Shown here in pieces: positions 53,282-64,000 of a stretch of 64,000 nt of DNA. The notes under the pieces are model-generated. The model was not told the origin of the DNA and made no database searches. It was given only the letters and a program-made list of their open reading frames with translations. Each line of letters opens with the position of its first letter. The stretch's first letter is position 1. Location of the stretch: positions 73,094-137,093 of the forward strand of contig CAWBGV010000031.1 in assembly GCA_963788395.1 (NCBI GenBank). The letters are read 5' to 3'. Origin of the DNA: Candidatus Doudnabacteria bacterium. Lineage in GTDB: Bacteria; Patescibacteriota; Doudnabacteria; UBA920. Position numbers and translations under genes: made by a program.

Positions 53282-53475
53282 ACTGAAGCTTACTCGCCAA
53301 AATCGATCTTTGGCACAAGCTGCCTGTTCATCAAAATCGTAAAATTCAGACAGAACTCGAGACTGGCTGAATTCATCAAGGCGCGGAACTGTTTGCCGCG
53401 CCTTTTCTTTTGCCCAAAATTAAAAAAAGGGCTAAACTAGGGGTAAGAGTAGAATGTAAAATATCTCTAATTACC

Positions 53476-53821
53476 ATGAATTCATTGGATAAAATGACTA
53501 AGGATATTATTGCCTTTCGCGACCGGCGGGATTGGAAGCAGTTTCATACGCCCAAAGAGCCTATCACTATCAATAATGCTTGAGGCGGCGGAGGTGGGGG
53601 AGCATTTTCAGTGGAAAAATCCGGAAGAAATTAACGCCTATATAAAAAAGAATAAAGACGCGATTGGTCAAGAATTGGCAGACGTATTGCAGTATTTGTT
53701 TTATTTGGCCTACGAACTACATGAGATTTTAGAAAAAGCTTTTTATCAAAAGTTAAAGAAAAACGAAAAACGCTTTCCGGTAAAAAAGATCAAAGGAAAA
53801 CACACCAACCATTATAAATAA
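53476..53821 (+). CDS. MazG-like nucleotide pyrophosphohydrolase (frameshifted)
   Basis: FRDRRDWKQFHTPK, EAAE..EHFQW, ELADV..Y, KLKKNEKRFP. Confidence 0.85.
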
Positions 53822-53826
53822 TTGAT

Positions 53827-54560
53827 ATGGCCAGAATTTCCAGAAAAAAAATTAAATTACTATTTTCGATATCGATGGCACTATTTTCCGCTCCAGCTTA
53901 GTTATAGAGCTGATTAATGGCATGGTTGAGATGGGCGTTTTTCCGCAATTGGCAAAAAAAGAAATGGAAAAAGAATACCTGGCGTGGCTGGATCGCAAGG
54001 GTGATTATGAGCATTACATTAAAAAAGTTATTCAAATCCATTTGCGCTATATCGCCGGCAAAACCAGCGCGCAAGTTGATGCCGTGGCTAAACTGGTCGT
54101 TCAAAATTTAAAAAACCGTGTCTACCGGTATACCCGCGGACTCATCCGCGATTATGAAAAGCAGGGCCATCACCTTATGGCCATTTCCGGTTCACCCACC
54201 TATTATAGTGTCCCGTTTCGCCAAACTTTGGCATTTCGACACCTACTTTGGCAGCGTTTACGAGGTCAAAGACGGGATTTATACCGGGGACGTTTTAAAC
54301 CTAGATACCGTTAATAACAAGCACAAAGTCCTCCATGGCTACCTTACCGCCCATCATTTAAAAATTGATTTTGCCAAAAGCATCGCCGTGGGTGATACCG
54401 ACAGTGATGTCTCTATGTTGGAACTCGTGGGGCATCCTATTGCCTTTAATCCCAACCTGGCTTTAGCAAAACGGCCAAAAAAAACCACTGGCCTCATAGT
54501 CGTAGACGCAAAGACGTAATTTACAAACTGCAAAATTACCAATTCCTCGAACCGTCTTGA
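53827..54560 (+). CDS. HAD-IB (SerB-like) hydrolase, frameshifted
   Basis: FDIDGTIFRSSL, AISGSP, AVGDTDSD..MLELVGHPIAFNP. Confidence 0.85.
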
Positions 54561-54628
54561 TTTAAAATTTAGCAGGAATTTATCGACGGTAGTTTATAAT
54601 ATGCTTACTAATTAGTAAGCATATTATT

Positions 54629-55288
54629 ATGTCCATAAAACATATTCATCCCGTGGATCAGCCGCGGGAAAAGTTGGAAAAGTATGGCGGAAAATTAAGC
54701 GATGTCGAACTGCTGGCGATTATCTTGCATACTGGCCCTAAAGGCAGCAACGTCCTGCGCCTGGCCACCGCTTTGTTGCGTGATTTTAAAGGCACCAGCT
54801 TGGCCAATGCCGGACGGGAAGAATTAAAACAAATCCGCGGCTTGGGCGCTAAGGTTGCCGAAATCCTGGCCTGTTTTGAGTTAGGGCGCCGTTTACTGCG
54901 CGACAAAAAAAGTTCCTTACTGCTTTCGCCGCGGCAGGTTTGGGAAGAAATGAAGGATATCCGCGGGCATAAGAAAGAGCACTTTGTTACGTTTTTTCTG
55001 GATACCCAAAACCAGGTTAATCATAGAGAAGTTATCTCAGTTGGCACCCTCAACGCCAGCCTAATCCATCCGCGGGAGATCTTTGAACCGGCTATAAAAT
55101 ATTTAGCCGCCAACGTCATTATTTCCCATAATCATCCTTCGGGCAGCCTTGAGCCTTCGGCGGAAGATTTGCAAGTCACCCGGCGCCTTCAGGATGCCGG
55201 CCGCAGTGTTCTGGGGATAGAGGTTTTGGACCACGTTATAGTTACGGCAGAAAAATTTTTTAGCTGGAAAGAGCAAAATTTACTCTGA
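54629..55288 (+). CDS. radC: RadC/JAB domain protein
   Basis: PREKL, LSDVELLAIIL, GTLNASLIHPREIF, HNHPSG..PS.ED, LDHVI. Confidence 0.93.
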   Translation: MSIKHIHPVDQPREKLEKYGGKLSDVELLAIILHTGPKGSNVLRLATALLRDFKGTSLANAGREELKQIRGLGAKVAEILACFELGRRLLRDKKSSLLLSPRQVWEEMKDIRGHKKEHFVTFFLDTQNQVNHREVISVGTLNASLIHPREIFEPAIKYLAANVIISHNHPSGSLEPSAEDLQVTRRLQDAGRSVLGIEVLDHVIVTAEKFFSWKEQNLL

Positions 55289-55693
55289 GCGCGAACTTAA
55301 ATTTTTTCTAAAGTCCTGGTGGATAACCCGGTTGACGGTCGCGGGCATGTACGTTATTATGTACATATAGTTTTTAAGAAACCGTCATGCCGCGATTAAT
55401 AAAATTTCAAATTGAAGTCTATTATGCATGGCATGCCCAATAAAATTAATTTGGGAACCGTGAATATTTACGCCGAAAACGCGGCTCAGGCTTTGGAATT
55501 GGCCAAAGAACAAATGGAGAGCGGCGCGGTTAGTTCAAGGCCGGAACTTTGTAAGACGGTTCCAACAAAGTTGGCCTAAAAATTTAAAAGCCCCCTGGGT
55601 TACAACATTGACGCAAGTGGTAATTTGAGGTACAGTACGAATCAGAGTAAAAACACCTGCTGCTTTAAATGAACTTTGTCCCCAAGGAGCTTT

Positions 55694-56059
55694 ATGAATT
55701 CTAAAACAACGCTGCCAATTTCCGAGGCCCGTAAAAAAATTTTTGAGCTGGCTGAAGAAGTTCAAAAACCGGGCCAGTACTATGTTCTTACGGAGAAGGG
55801 GCGCGCTAAGGCAGTACTGCTTTCGGCAGATGAGTTTGCTTCGTGGCAGGAAACGCTCGAAGTCATGAAAGATTTTCCGGAGTTAAAATTTGACATTCAG
55901 CAGGCCGAGGCGGATTTTCAGACGGGTAAATTTACTACTTTAGCCGGATTATTGGCTCGCCAAGGCTTTGTCCTGGCTGAAAAAGAAAAAAAGACTTATG
56001 CGGCATCGCGTCATCATTCCCAAAAAGGTAGAACTGGAACTCGAAAACGCAAAGCCTGA
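55694..56059 (+). CDS. Phd/YefM family antitoxin
   Basis: LPISEARKK..L...LTEKGRAKAVLLS..EF.SWQETLE. Confidence 0.85.
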   Translation: MNSKTTLPISEARKKIFELAEEVQKPGQYYVLTEKGRAKAVLLSADEFASWQETLEVMKDFPELKFDIQQAEADFQTGKFTTLAGLLARQGFVLAEKEKKTYAASRHHSQKGRTGTRKRKA

Positions 56060-56237
56060 ACACAAGGCCAGGATTTTAGCTGCTTTGGCTGCACTCTCCG
56101 CCGACCCGCTTGCCGGCCAAAAACTTAGCGGGGCTTATACCGGAACTTATTCCTACCGGGTTTGGCCGTATCGGATTATCTACAAAATTAAGGGCCGGGA
56201 AGTCCTGGTTCTATTAATAAAAATTTCACAAAAATAA
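55998..56237 (+). CDS. RelE/ParE family toxin
   Basis: L.ADPLAGQKLSG...YSYRVWPYRIIYKI. Confidence 0.8.
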   Translation: MRHRVIIPKKVELELENAKPEHKARILAALAALSADPLAGQKLSGAYTGTYSYRVWPYRIIYKIKGREVLVLLIKISQK

Positions 56238-56377
56238 AATCCCCTGTGGATTTCTTATAAAAAAGTTTCCTTTGAATAAGGAAACTTTTTTTGATTTGAT
56301 AGAAACTTTATCTTTTCTTTTAAGAATCTTGAGGGTGGGTTTGGTAAGATTGTACAAACACAATTAAAAAATAATCC

Positions 56378-56551
56378 ATGGATAGTTTAAGTGAATATAA
56401 TGCTCTTAAGGAGCGCGCTCGGTATTGTTATAGACAGATTGAAAAAGTTCGCTGCCCTGCTCTTAATTATGAACTTGTCTTTTTTACCTCTGAAGGATTT
56501 AATATTATATTATACATTCAAAATTTGTCAACTTTTTTACTAAGGACCTAG
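56378..56551 (+). pseudogene. Probable truncated remnant (PBECR-like nuclease N-terminus)
   Basis: MDSLSEYNALKERARYCYRQIEKVRCPALNYELVFFTSEGFN, then AT-rich run-out to a stop. Confidence 0.4.
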
Positions 56552-56588
56552 TTCTGTAGAATTAGGAAAGTTAAAAAAATAAAATTCG

Positions 56589-57065
56589 ATGAAATTTACT
56601 AACCAACAATATCAAACTATTATTAACGCTTTATTAATTGCGGGTATGGTCCATTGGGTAGTGGGAGAAGTGAAAACAGGCGAGCCGGAAAATCAGCCCC
56701 AGCAGCTGCACGAAGTAATTGTTTATATGTTACATTTTGCCGCAGAGCATGATTTTGAAAACTGTGTAGACAAGATCGACGGTAAAATCATGGTTAACCG
56801 CAAATATTTTGAGCAAGCCATGAGCGAATTGGATGAATACGAAGAGTTTATCTTTTGGCAAAACCTGGCCCGTAAATTGGCCGAGCGTGATTTTTACCGG
56901 ATTTTTACCCAGGAACAAATTAAAAAGATGGACCAAATAAAATGGATGGAAAGTCGGATGGCTCTGGAGCTAGCCTATTTTAATGAATTCAAAGACCATC
57001 GATTAGAACGGCTGGAGGTGCAAAAAGAATTTTTCTCAGAGAATAAAAAAGTCGGGCAGGAGTAA
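56589..57065 (+). CDS. Hypothetical protein
   Basis: 158-aa ORF, no recognised motif. Confidence 0.6.
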   Translation: MKFTNQQYQTIINALLIAGMVHWVVGEVKTGEPENQPQQLHEVIVYMLHFAAEHDFENCVDKIDGKIMVNRKYFEQAMSELDEYEEFIFWQNLARKLAERDFYRIFTQEQIKKMDQIKWMESRMALELAYFNEFKDHRLERLEVQKEFFSENKKVGQE

Positions 57066-57082
57066 TCCTACCCGATTTGACA

Positions 57083-57695
57083 CTAGTGTCCGGGGTGGCG
57101 AGTGGTAATCGTCACGATGTAGCGCTTAATGCCTGTTTTATCATTCAGTTCCGTAACTACGTGGCCGGAGGCTTCATGGCTCCTGGGCTCCTGGAACTGT
57201 AAGTAAGCTCCTTCGTAGACTTGTCTGCCAAATACGGTAATTTGCTCCGAGCCGATTGGCCGGGTCAAAAAACCAGTTTTGGGGGTAGTAATGGGGAGCC
57301 GAACTGGTCATAAACCTAATGGCCGGTTGGGGTTCCGAAACCATTTCACCGTTTGCGTCACTGATGCTGCGCGGTTGTACCCAGGTTTTGGTGTATTTGC
57401 CGGGTACATTCCAGAAAATTCCGGCAAACGAATCTGGCTTGGTGGCGGTAATGTTGATGTCATACAGCAGGCTGATGGTGCAATTGGGACAATCTATGCG
57501 AGGCATCTTTTCATTTTTCATGGCATCAAGGCCATTTTGCAACATAGCAGTCAGGGCGGCGGGGGTGGGAACATAACAATCAACTTGGTTTTGTTCCGGG
57601 GGCCAGATTTGGGCGGGCGGGGTGGTTTGTGGTTGTGCATATGTTCCAATCATGGGCAGGAACACTGCGAAAAACATCGTGACCTTTGGGGTCAT
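57083..57695 (-). CDS. Secreted hypothetical protein (frameshift near 57270)
   Basis: AAGGAGG RBS, signal peptide MTPKVTMFFAVFLPMIGTYA; continues in ORF 57083-57268. Confidence 0.55.
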
Positions 57696-57819
57696 CTGGT
57701 GTTGCCTCCTTGTGAAAAATATATTATACCATATTGCCGGACGGTTTTCTCTGGCGCGGATTTTTCTGCTATAGTTATGGTAGTCAATCAATTGCTCCAG
57801 AAACCTAGAAACAAAAACC

Positions 57820-58536
57820 ATGGCCAGAGTTTATGGGCGAAAAAGCGCTTACTTAGAACAACGCGATATCCTTTATTATGTTTTATCGGCAGCCTTTCCA
57901 GTGCTGGTCTTGGCGGTGCTCTATGGAATTCTCAAAATTTTTGGGAAAGACAACGATATTGTTCTCTTAATCGCCATAGCGGTTTTAATTATATTAGTTA
58001 TTGTATTTGAACCTGTAGAAAAACTCTGGGGCCGCAGAGCCGGAAAATATTCTAGAGGATTGCACGGAGAAATGGCGGTGGCTAAAATGTTGAAAGATCT
58101 GCCGGACACTTTTGCCGTATTTGAAGATGTAACCATTGGGAAGAATCGCGGCAATATAGATTTTATAGTTGTCGGGCCGCCCGGTATTTTTTTATTGGAA
58201 GTGAAAAGCCACGGCGGGATCATTGGTTACAACGGCTTTGGGCTGACTCTGAACGGGAAAGCTATTCGCGATAAAGATTTTTTCCGACAAATTCACGGAG
58301 AAGTTTGGGCCTTAAAAAATTACTTACTCATGCAGCTTGGCCACAGTCCTTACATTCACCCGGTCTTGGTTTTTGCCAATGACTACGCCATAACTCACTT
58401 TGGTTACCGTCCGCTTCGGAATGTGTTTATTATCCAGAAGGAAGAATTACCAGCATTGTTTGTGCACTTTCCGGCAATGCAGTACATTACGCCTCAGCAG
58501 AAAATTGAACAGGTTTTGGCTAAGGTTGTGAAGTAA
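57820..58536 (+). CDS. NERD domain protein with two N-terminal TM helices
   Basis: GLHGE..V, NIDFIVVGPPGIFLLEVKS. Confidence 0.85.
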   Translation: MARVYGRKSAYLEQRDILYYVLSAAFPVLVLAVLYGILKIFGKDNDIVLLIAIAVLIILVIVFEPVEKLWGRRAGKYSRGLHGEMAVAKMLKDLPDTFAVFEDVTIGKNRGNIDFIVVGPPGIFLLEVKSHGGIIGYNGFGLTLNGKAIRDKDFFRQIHGEVWALKNYLLMQLGHSPYIHPVLVFANDYAITHFGYRPLRNVFIIQKEELPALFVHFPAMQYITPQQKIEQVLAKVVK

Positions 58537-58628
58537 GAAGTGCTTACTGATAAGCAATTTTTAGTTACTCAAAGCGTCAAAGCATATATATGCGCCAAAA
58601 AAATTTATAAAACTCATAAACAAAACAT

Positions 58629-59375
58629 ATGAATAAAAATATCACCATCAACAAGAATAACCATGATTTTCCGGCTTATTTGAGCTATCCCGAAAATCCG
58701 GGCAAGACGCCTGCCATAATTTTAATCCACGAAATTTGGGGACTAACTGACCATATTAAAGACGTAGCTAACCGATTGACCAAAGAAGGCTATGCAGTTT
58801 TGGCTCCGGATTTACTTTCTGGTACGGGTGTAACTGACAAAATCGACCAAGGTATCATGAAAGAAATAGCTGATCCGGCCACTCGCGACGAAGCCCAAAA
58901 AAAGATGCGCGAAGCTTTAACGCCTATCCATTCCCCGGAATTTGCCAAAGAAACTTTGGATAAATTGCAAGTATGCTTTGATTATTTATTGGAAGATGAT
59001 AGGGCGAGTGAACAAATTGGAGTAATCGGGTTTTGTTTGGGGGGTACCTATGCGTTTGACTTGGCAGTAAATCAGCCATCATTGGCTCTAGCCATAGCTT
59101 TTTATGGCCATGCTCCGTTGGAAGAACAAAAGTTGGCGAAAATTAATTGTCCGGTCTTGGCTTTTTACGGTGAAAAAGACGAGCGGCTTATGGCTCAAGT
59201 GCCGGAATTGGAAAAAACCATGAATAGATTGGAAAAAGATTATGATTTTGTGGTCTATCCGAATACTGGCCATGCTTTTTTTAACGATACTAATCCGGTG
59301 ACCTATAATCAAGAAGCGGCAGAAGATGCCTGGGCTATGGTCTTGGCGTTTTTAAAAGAGCATTTTGAGGTTTGA
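58629..59375 (+). CDS. Dienelactone hydrolase family protein
   Basis: IHEIWGL, LAPDL, GFCLGG, YGEKD, GHAFFN. Confidence 0.92.
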   Translation: MNKNITINKNNHDFPAYLSYPENPGKTPAIILIHEIWGLTDHIKDVANRLTKEGYAVLAPDLLSGTGVTDKIDQGIMKEIADPATRDEAQKKMREALTPIHSPEFAKETLDKLQVCFDYLLEDDRASEQIGVIGFCLGGTYAFDLAVNQPSLALAIAFYGHAPLEEQKLAKINCPVLAFYGEKDERLMAQVPELEKTMNRLEKDYDFVVYPNTGHAFFNDTNPVTYNQEAAEDAWAMVLAFLKEHFEV

Positions 59376-59437
59376 TTTTTAGCCCACAATCCGGTGGCTT
59401 GATTTGTGTTTTGGGTATATACTGGAAGGGTAAATGT

Positions 59438-59614
59438 ATGTTACCCCACGACGATAATTCGGAGGGCGAAGAGCTTAGCGATGAGCAGCGTCTCCAGCAG
59501 GACGAACAAGGCCTAAAAGCTGAGTTGGCGGAAGAATTGTTGAATGGTAATACCGATGATGCTATCCACCGCATGGAAGATCTGGGACTGACCACGGACG
59601 ACCTGGACTTGTAA
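59438..59614 (+). CDS. Small acidic hypothetical protein
   Basis: 58-aa D/E-rich ORF; terminator at about 59688-59714. Confidence 0.5.
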   Translation: MLPHDDNSEGEELSDEQRLQQDEQGLKAELAEELLNGNTDDAIHRMEDLGLTTDDLDL

Positions 59615-59933
59615 GCTCAAGCTGTAACTTGCCGATACAGTAACCGGCTTGTTTTCGTACTTTGTCTTTATAAATCCAAAACTCTAATCCGGCTTTTAAA
59701 TAAGCCGGTTTTTTGTTATGGTATAAATGTACGTGCTAGTGTACATAAAAAATATTTTTTATTGATTTGTGGATAAAAATATTAAATTTGATTAAGAAGT
59801 TGGACATTTTTATAAAACTTATCCACTTTTTTAGAATATTATTATTAAATATTTAAATATTTTTAGGCTGCAGTATTGTATGCTTAAAAAACCAACCTAG
59901 TCTAAAAATTAAGAGAGTCATAAAAAGCATTAT

Positions 59934-60293
59934 ATGAATCAAAAACAAAAAATCTGGTTAGTCATTTTTGCAAGTTTGTTTTTAGTTCCGGAAATTCTTT
60001 GGAGCCCGGTAGGCAATTTTGTTTACTCTTTGGCGATGCCATTAAAAAATGGGGGCGCTCAGACTTTGCGACCCAATTTTTTACTTGATGGTGCCAATGC
60101 CAATGTATATAGTACTATTTTGGGTCTTCAATTAGCAGGAATACTGCTGGTTATTATATTTTTAATATACAATCGTAAAGTTTTCAAAAACAAAATAGTA
60201 TTATGGTTTGGATGCCTTATATTAGTTTGTTTTGCAGCAGCAGTTTTTTATCTGTTTGGTTTTTCTATTACCTTACGACACATAGGATTCTAA
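59934..60293 (+). CDS. Small membrane protein
   Basis: Hydrophobic helices; FLVPEILWSP. Confidence 0.6.
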   Translation: MNQKQKIWLVIFASLFLVPEILWSPVGNFVYSLAMPLKNGGAQTLRPNFLLDGANANVYSTILGLQLAGILLVIIFLIYNRKVFKNKIVLWFGCLILVCFAAAVFYLFGFSITLRHIGF

Positions 60294-60481
60294 TTTTTAG
60301 AGTAATAAATTTTAGTTACCTCCTTTATTTTTGAGCATTAGTGCCCAGTCGAGGCATTGTCATTGCGAGGAGGCAGGAAGCTAAGGCTGATACTTGAGCA
60401 GTATGGCCAAAGAGCGTTTTTGTTGTGGCCAAAATCGGCCAAGCCCAGTTATTTGTAAGCATAAAAATTAATTTTAAAAGT

Positions 60482-63192
60482 ATGAAAAAGATCTTCTTAT
60501 GTTTTAGTGCGATTATGCTTGCGGTTATACCGCTTGCGACGCAAGCGGCGGCTATCGCCCCCTATCATTATTTAAAAATCATAACAAATACTTTGGGTGG
60601 TGACGGGACTTTTATGTTTACTGTCGCGAATTATGAATTATCAGAAAGTTTTTCTAATTCTATCGATATCAGCACGCAGAGTGGCACCGGCCAGTATACA
60701 TATAGTCCGCCAAATGTTGGTTCGGGGAACCACTACTTTTTTACCGAAAGTTTACAGCCAGGATGGAGTAGGCAGGGTATTGTATGCACCAATGATCAAA
60801 ACGGTCCGGTGGGTTTGCCCTTAAACGGCGGCATGGTGCTTCCGTACTATTCCTATACCACCACTACCTGTATAGTTACAAACCAAAAAACTGCAACTCT
60901 GAACCCGATATTGATTGTGCCGGGGATCATGGGCACGGAAATAGACAAAGGGACTGAATTATTATGGCCGGATCTGGCCAGAATGGCGAACCCGTTTCAT
61001 TCCGATGATTTTATGGACCCTTTGTCTTATCAGTCTAACGGGCTCCCTGTGGATACAAGCTTAAGTATTGGCAGTGTCTTAACAAATCCTGATCAGGTTT
61101 TTGATTACTCCGAAAAGTTACAAAGCGATCTTATTGCGGCAGGGTATGTCCAGGGTCTAAATCTTTTTACCTTTCCCTACGATTGGCGGCGGGATATTCA
61201 GCAAGTTGCTGAGCAGGATGATCCTCAAATGCTCAACCCCAGTTTGCGGCAAACCATAGACAATATTTTAGCCTCTACTGGAGCGCAAAAAATTAGTATT
61301 ATAGCCCATAGCCAGGGTGGGTTGGTTGTTAAGCGGTTGTTAATGGACGTTCCGCAATACCAAAGTAAAATAGATAAATTGGTGTTTGTAGGCGTCCCAA
61401 ATTTAGGCGCGCCCAAGGCCGCCAAAGTTTTGCTTTATGGCGACGATATGGACGTAAATTTTGCAGGTTTGGGATTAGATCCGCTGGAAGTCCAAAAAAT
61501 CGCGCAAAATATGCCGGCAGTCTATCAGTTGTTACCCGGTTCAGAATATTTTAATCACGCCGCCGGGTACATCGCCAAAGGCCAGCCGGTGAGTCCGGAC
61601 ATTCCTGTGCTACACATTACCAATTTGAGTGCCACAGCTACCGTTGAATATTTGAAAGATCAAAATTTAAACAGCGCCTTGATTGATGACGCTAATAACT
61701 TCCATTCCGAAAGTTTTGATAATTTCGACTTGAGCACTACCGGTATCACCGCATATAACATTGTAGGCTGCCAGGCCGGGACTTTAGGAAAAATAATTAG
61801 CAAGCCCGATGGAGATTATAATCTACAGATTGTGGCGGGGGACGGAACCGTTCCGCTGATTTCTGGCGTTCATATTCCCGGGGCGGCAACCTATTATGCT
61901 CTGCAATCCAGCCACGGGCTAATGCTAACTCAGGATGGCATTCGTAAACTAATAGTTAATGTCATGACCGGTGGCGTGGCTGCCAATAACAGCAATATTA
62001 GCCAGAACATTTCCGATTGCAAATTTAACGGTACTGCGGTTTCCGCCCATAGCCCGGTACGTTTAGATGTCTACGACAGCCAGGGACGGCACCTTGGCCC
62101 CGTCTCCGGCGGGTTTGATTCCCAAATTCCCAATGCCGATTACGAAACCATAGGCCACGACAGTTTCGCCTATTTGCCGGACGGGGGAATATATACGGTT
62201 CAGCTCACCGCCACTGGAGCCGGAAATTTCAGTTTTGACGCTTCCATATTCAGGATGGTCAAGTCATCAGTACGGCCTACTATGACCACGTACCAATTAC
62301 GGCCAGTTCAACTGCCCAAATTAATTTAAATTCGGAGAATAACCAGACGATTCAGTTAGATATCAACGGAGACGGAGTAGTTGATAAATCGATTGCACCT
62401 TCGGCCGAACTGGATGCTAATCAGTCGCAGGATACCGCGCCTCCGGTTACCGCCGCGGTCCTGAGCGGCACGCAGGGGCAGACAGGGTTTTTCCGGAGCG
62501 CGGTAAACCTACTGTTTACGGCGCACGATCCGGTGGTTGCGGGATTAGAAGGCCAGACCTCCGGGGTCCTGGCCACAAGATATAATTTAGATGGCGGCGG
62601 TGACCAAACATACAGTTCTTCTCCACCGGTGATAGTAACCGCCGAAGGTAATCACACCGTTACTTTTTTTTCGACCGACCGGGCCGGCAATAACGAGCCG
62701 ATACAATCAATTCAATTTGTTATTGATAAGACCCCGCCGGAAGCCGAAGTAACATTTGACCCTCTCAAAAAAGATATTGTCTTTAGCGGCCTTGATAATC
62801 TCTCCACCTCGTCAGGTATGACTATACAGGATGCCGATGATCTCGTAGTTTTAACCGATCAAGCCGGAAACACCACCACCCTGACCCTGAAAGACAAAGA
62901 CCGAAAACGCTCGCTGAAAGCAGAAATAAAATCGCTAGCATATAATGGCCAAGCCGTTGATTTGAGTAAGAATCTTCTGCATTTTGATTGGTTGTTCAAC
63001 GCCAAAGGTATCTTACAAAGGTTAAATCAGCAAGTCGAGTCTAAAAAAGGTTTAAACGCGCTGGCACTGTATACGCTGGGAAAAACATTAATTACCGGGA
63101 AAGATGCCGCAGGCCAGGTTAATCAAATTTTAGACGGTTTAGTTTTGCTTAAAATTGTAACCAATAAAGGTGATTTGTGGTGGAAATATTAG
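60482..63192 (+). CDS. Large secreted lipase/acyltransferase (LCAT/PGAP1-like) with Ig-like domains; frameshift near 62250
   Basis: Signal peptide; ILIVPGIMGT, FPYDWR, IAHSQGG nucleophile, GDGTVP, SHG; HSPV.L.V; DINGDG; TDRAGNNE..DKTPP. Confidence 0.85.
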
Positions 63193-63290
63193 CAGAAGCT
63201 ACAAAGACGTCCGTGACCAAAAGTTCGGAACTTAACTTAACTTGTTCGCTTAAAGGTCGAAAATTTATTATTAATACAATTTTACTTTGT

Positions 63291-63521
63291 ATGCCAGAAC
63301 CACATACCCCTCCAGTTTTTTCCAGAAACCTAAAAGCCGGCGCTAAAACATTTTATTTTGACGTCCGGACTTCTAAGAACGGAAAAAATTATGTTGCCAT
63401 TACCGAGCTGCGCACCGCGGCCGATGGCCAAAAAGTTCGCAACAGCCTATCGATTTTCCAGGAGCAATTGGCTGAGTTCACTCAAGCTCTGGAAGAAACC
63501 GTTGAAAAAGCCAAACAGTAA
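63291..63521 (+). CDS. PUR/DUF3276 family single-stranded nucleic-acid binding protein
   Basis: VFSRNLKAGAKTFYFDVR.SKNG..Y..ITE. Confidence 0.8.
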   Translation: MPEPHTPPVFSRNLKAGAKTFYFDVRTSKNGKNYVAITELRTAADGQKVRNSLSIFQEQLAEFTQALEETVEKAKQ

Positions 63522-63620
63522 AGTTTTTGCAAGGTCTCCTTTGGATACCCTGAGGAGACCTTGCTAAAATCGGCCGCCCGTTACCGTGCCTGATTTTTTT
63601 GTTTGTTATATAATAAAGAC

Positions 63621-64000
63621 ATGAGCCGTTTGAACCAGTTACAATTAGAGTTAAAAAGTTTAGCAGACCGGAAAAAAGGCTGCCGGTTTGGCTTGGTTTT
63701 TTAAAACTGGCAAAGGACAGTACGGCGAAGGCGACAAGTTTTTAGGCATTACTGTGCCGGCCCAGCGGCTGGTGGCGAGACGTTACTTGCTACTTAGTTT
63801 AAAAGAAATTGAAGCGTTGTTAAAAAATAAATATCACGAATTTCGTTTGACGGGTTTAATAATATTGACCGAGCAATTTAAACGCGGAGATGAAAAAGCC
63901 CGGTACCCGAATTTTTAAGTTTTATGTAGCCCAGGCACCGCACGATGTTTCGATCGAGCAGCGAATTCATTTTGGCGATAATGCGGGCGGGACGGCCGCG
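63621..64000 (+). CDS. AlkD-like DNA alkylation repair protein, frameshifted and incomplete
   Basis: FFKTGKGQYGEGDKFLGI.VP..R, HEFRL; TATAAT 6 nt before ATG 63621. Confidence 0.8.

Noticed and set aside
57279-58010. 243-aa plus-strand ORF and other long shadow ORFs (e.g. 26972-27526, 35002-35931)
   Set aside because: They overlap better-supported genes in antisense or another frame and carry no motifs.
60359-60373. GTCATTGCGAGGAG resembling a REP arm
   Set aside because: Single short fragment with no partner arm or second copy in the window.

Overview
64 kb of a small-genome bacterium, most likely Patescibacteria/CPR (inferred from compact, often leaderless genes and gene content; standard code 11). 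About 18 genes are broken by indels, many in homopolymers, so this is probably an unpolished long-read assembly. Content in order: a lower-glycolysis cluster (glycerate kinase, 2-hydroxyacid dehydrogenase, eno, pyk, ppsA); type II glutamine synthetase with a candidate attenuator; a PadR-PspC-ABC operon; an ABC-F ATPase; a ~6 kb serine-recombinase island (18644-24636); msrB-dipZ; isoprenoid and two-component genes; a complete de novo purine pathway; three type II TA modules and assorted accessory genes. Best novel candidate: the island sits in the CCA end of a 70-nt non-canonical tRNA-like gene with alanine identity (24629-24698, minus strand). On the far side of the att site is a separately promoted, terminated small RNA whose first 24 nt are antisense to that RNA (18585-18608). 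Also notable: the att site splits the recombinase C-terminus, and a family of short-period inverted-repeat stems joins stop codons to start codons, some empty and some looping out a whole gene (a four-helix-bundle gene, purM).
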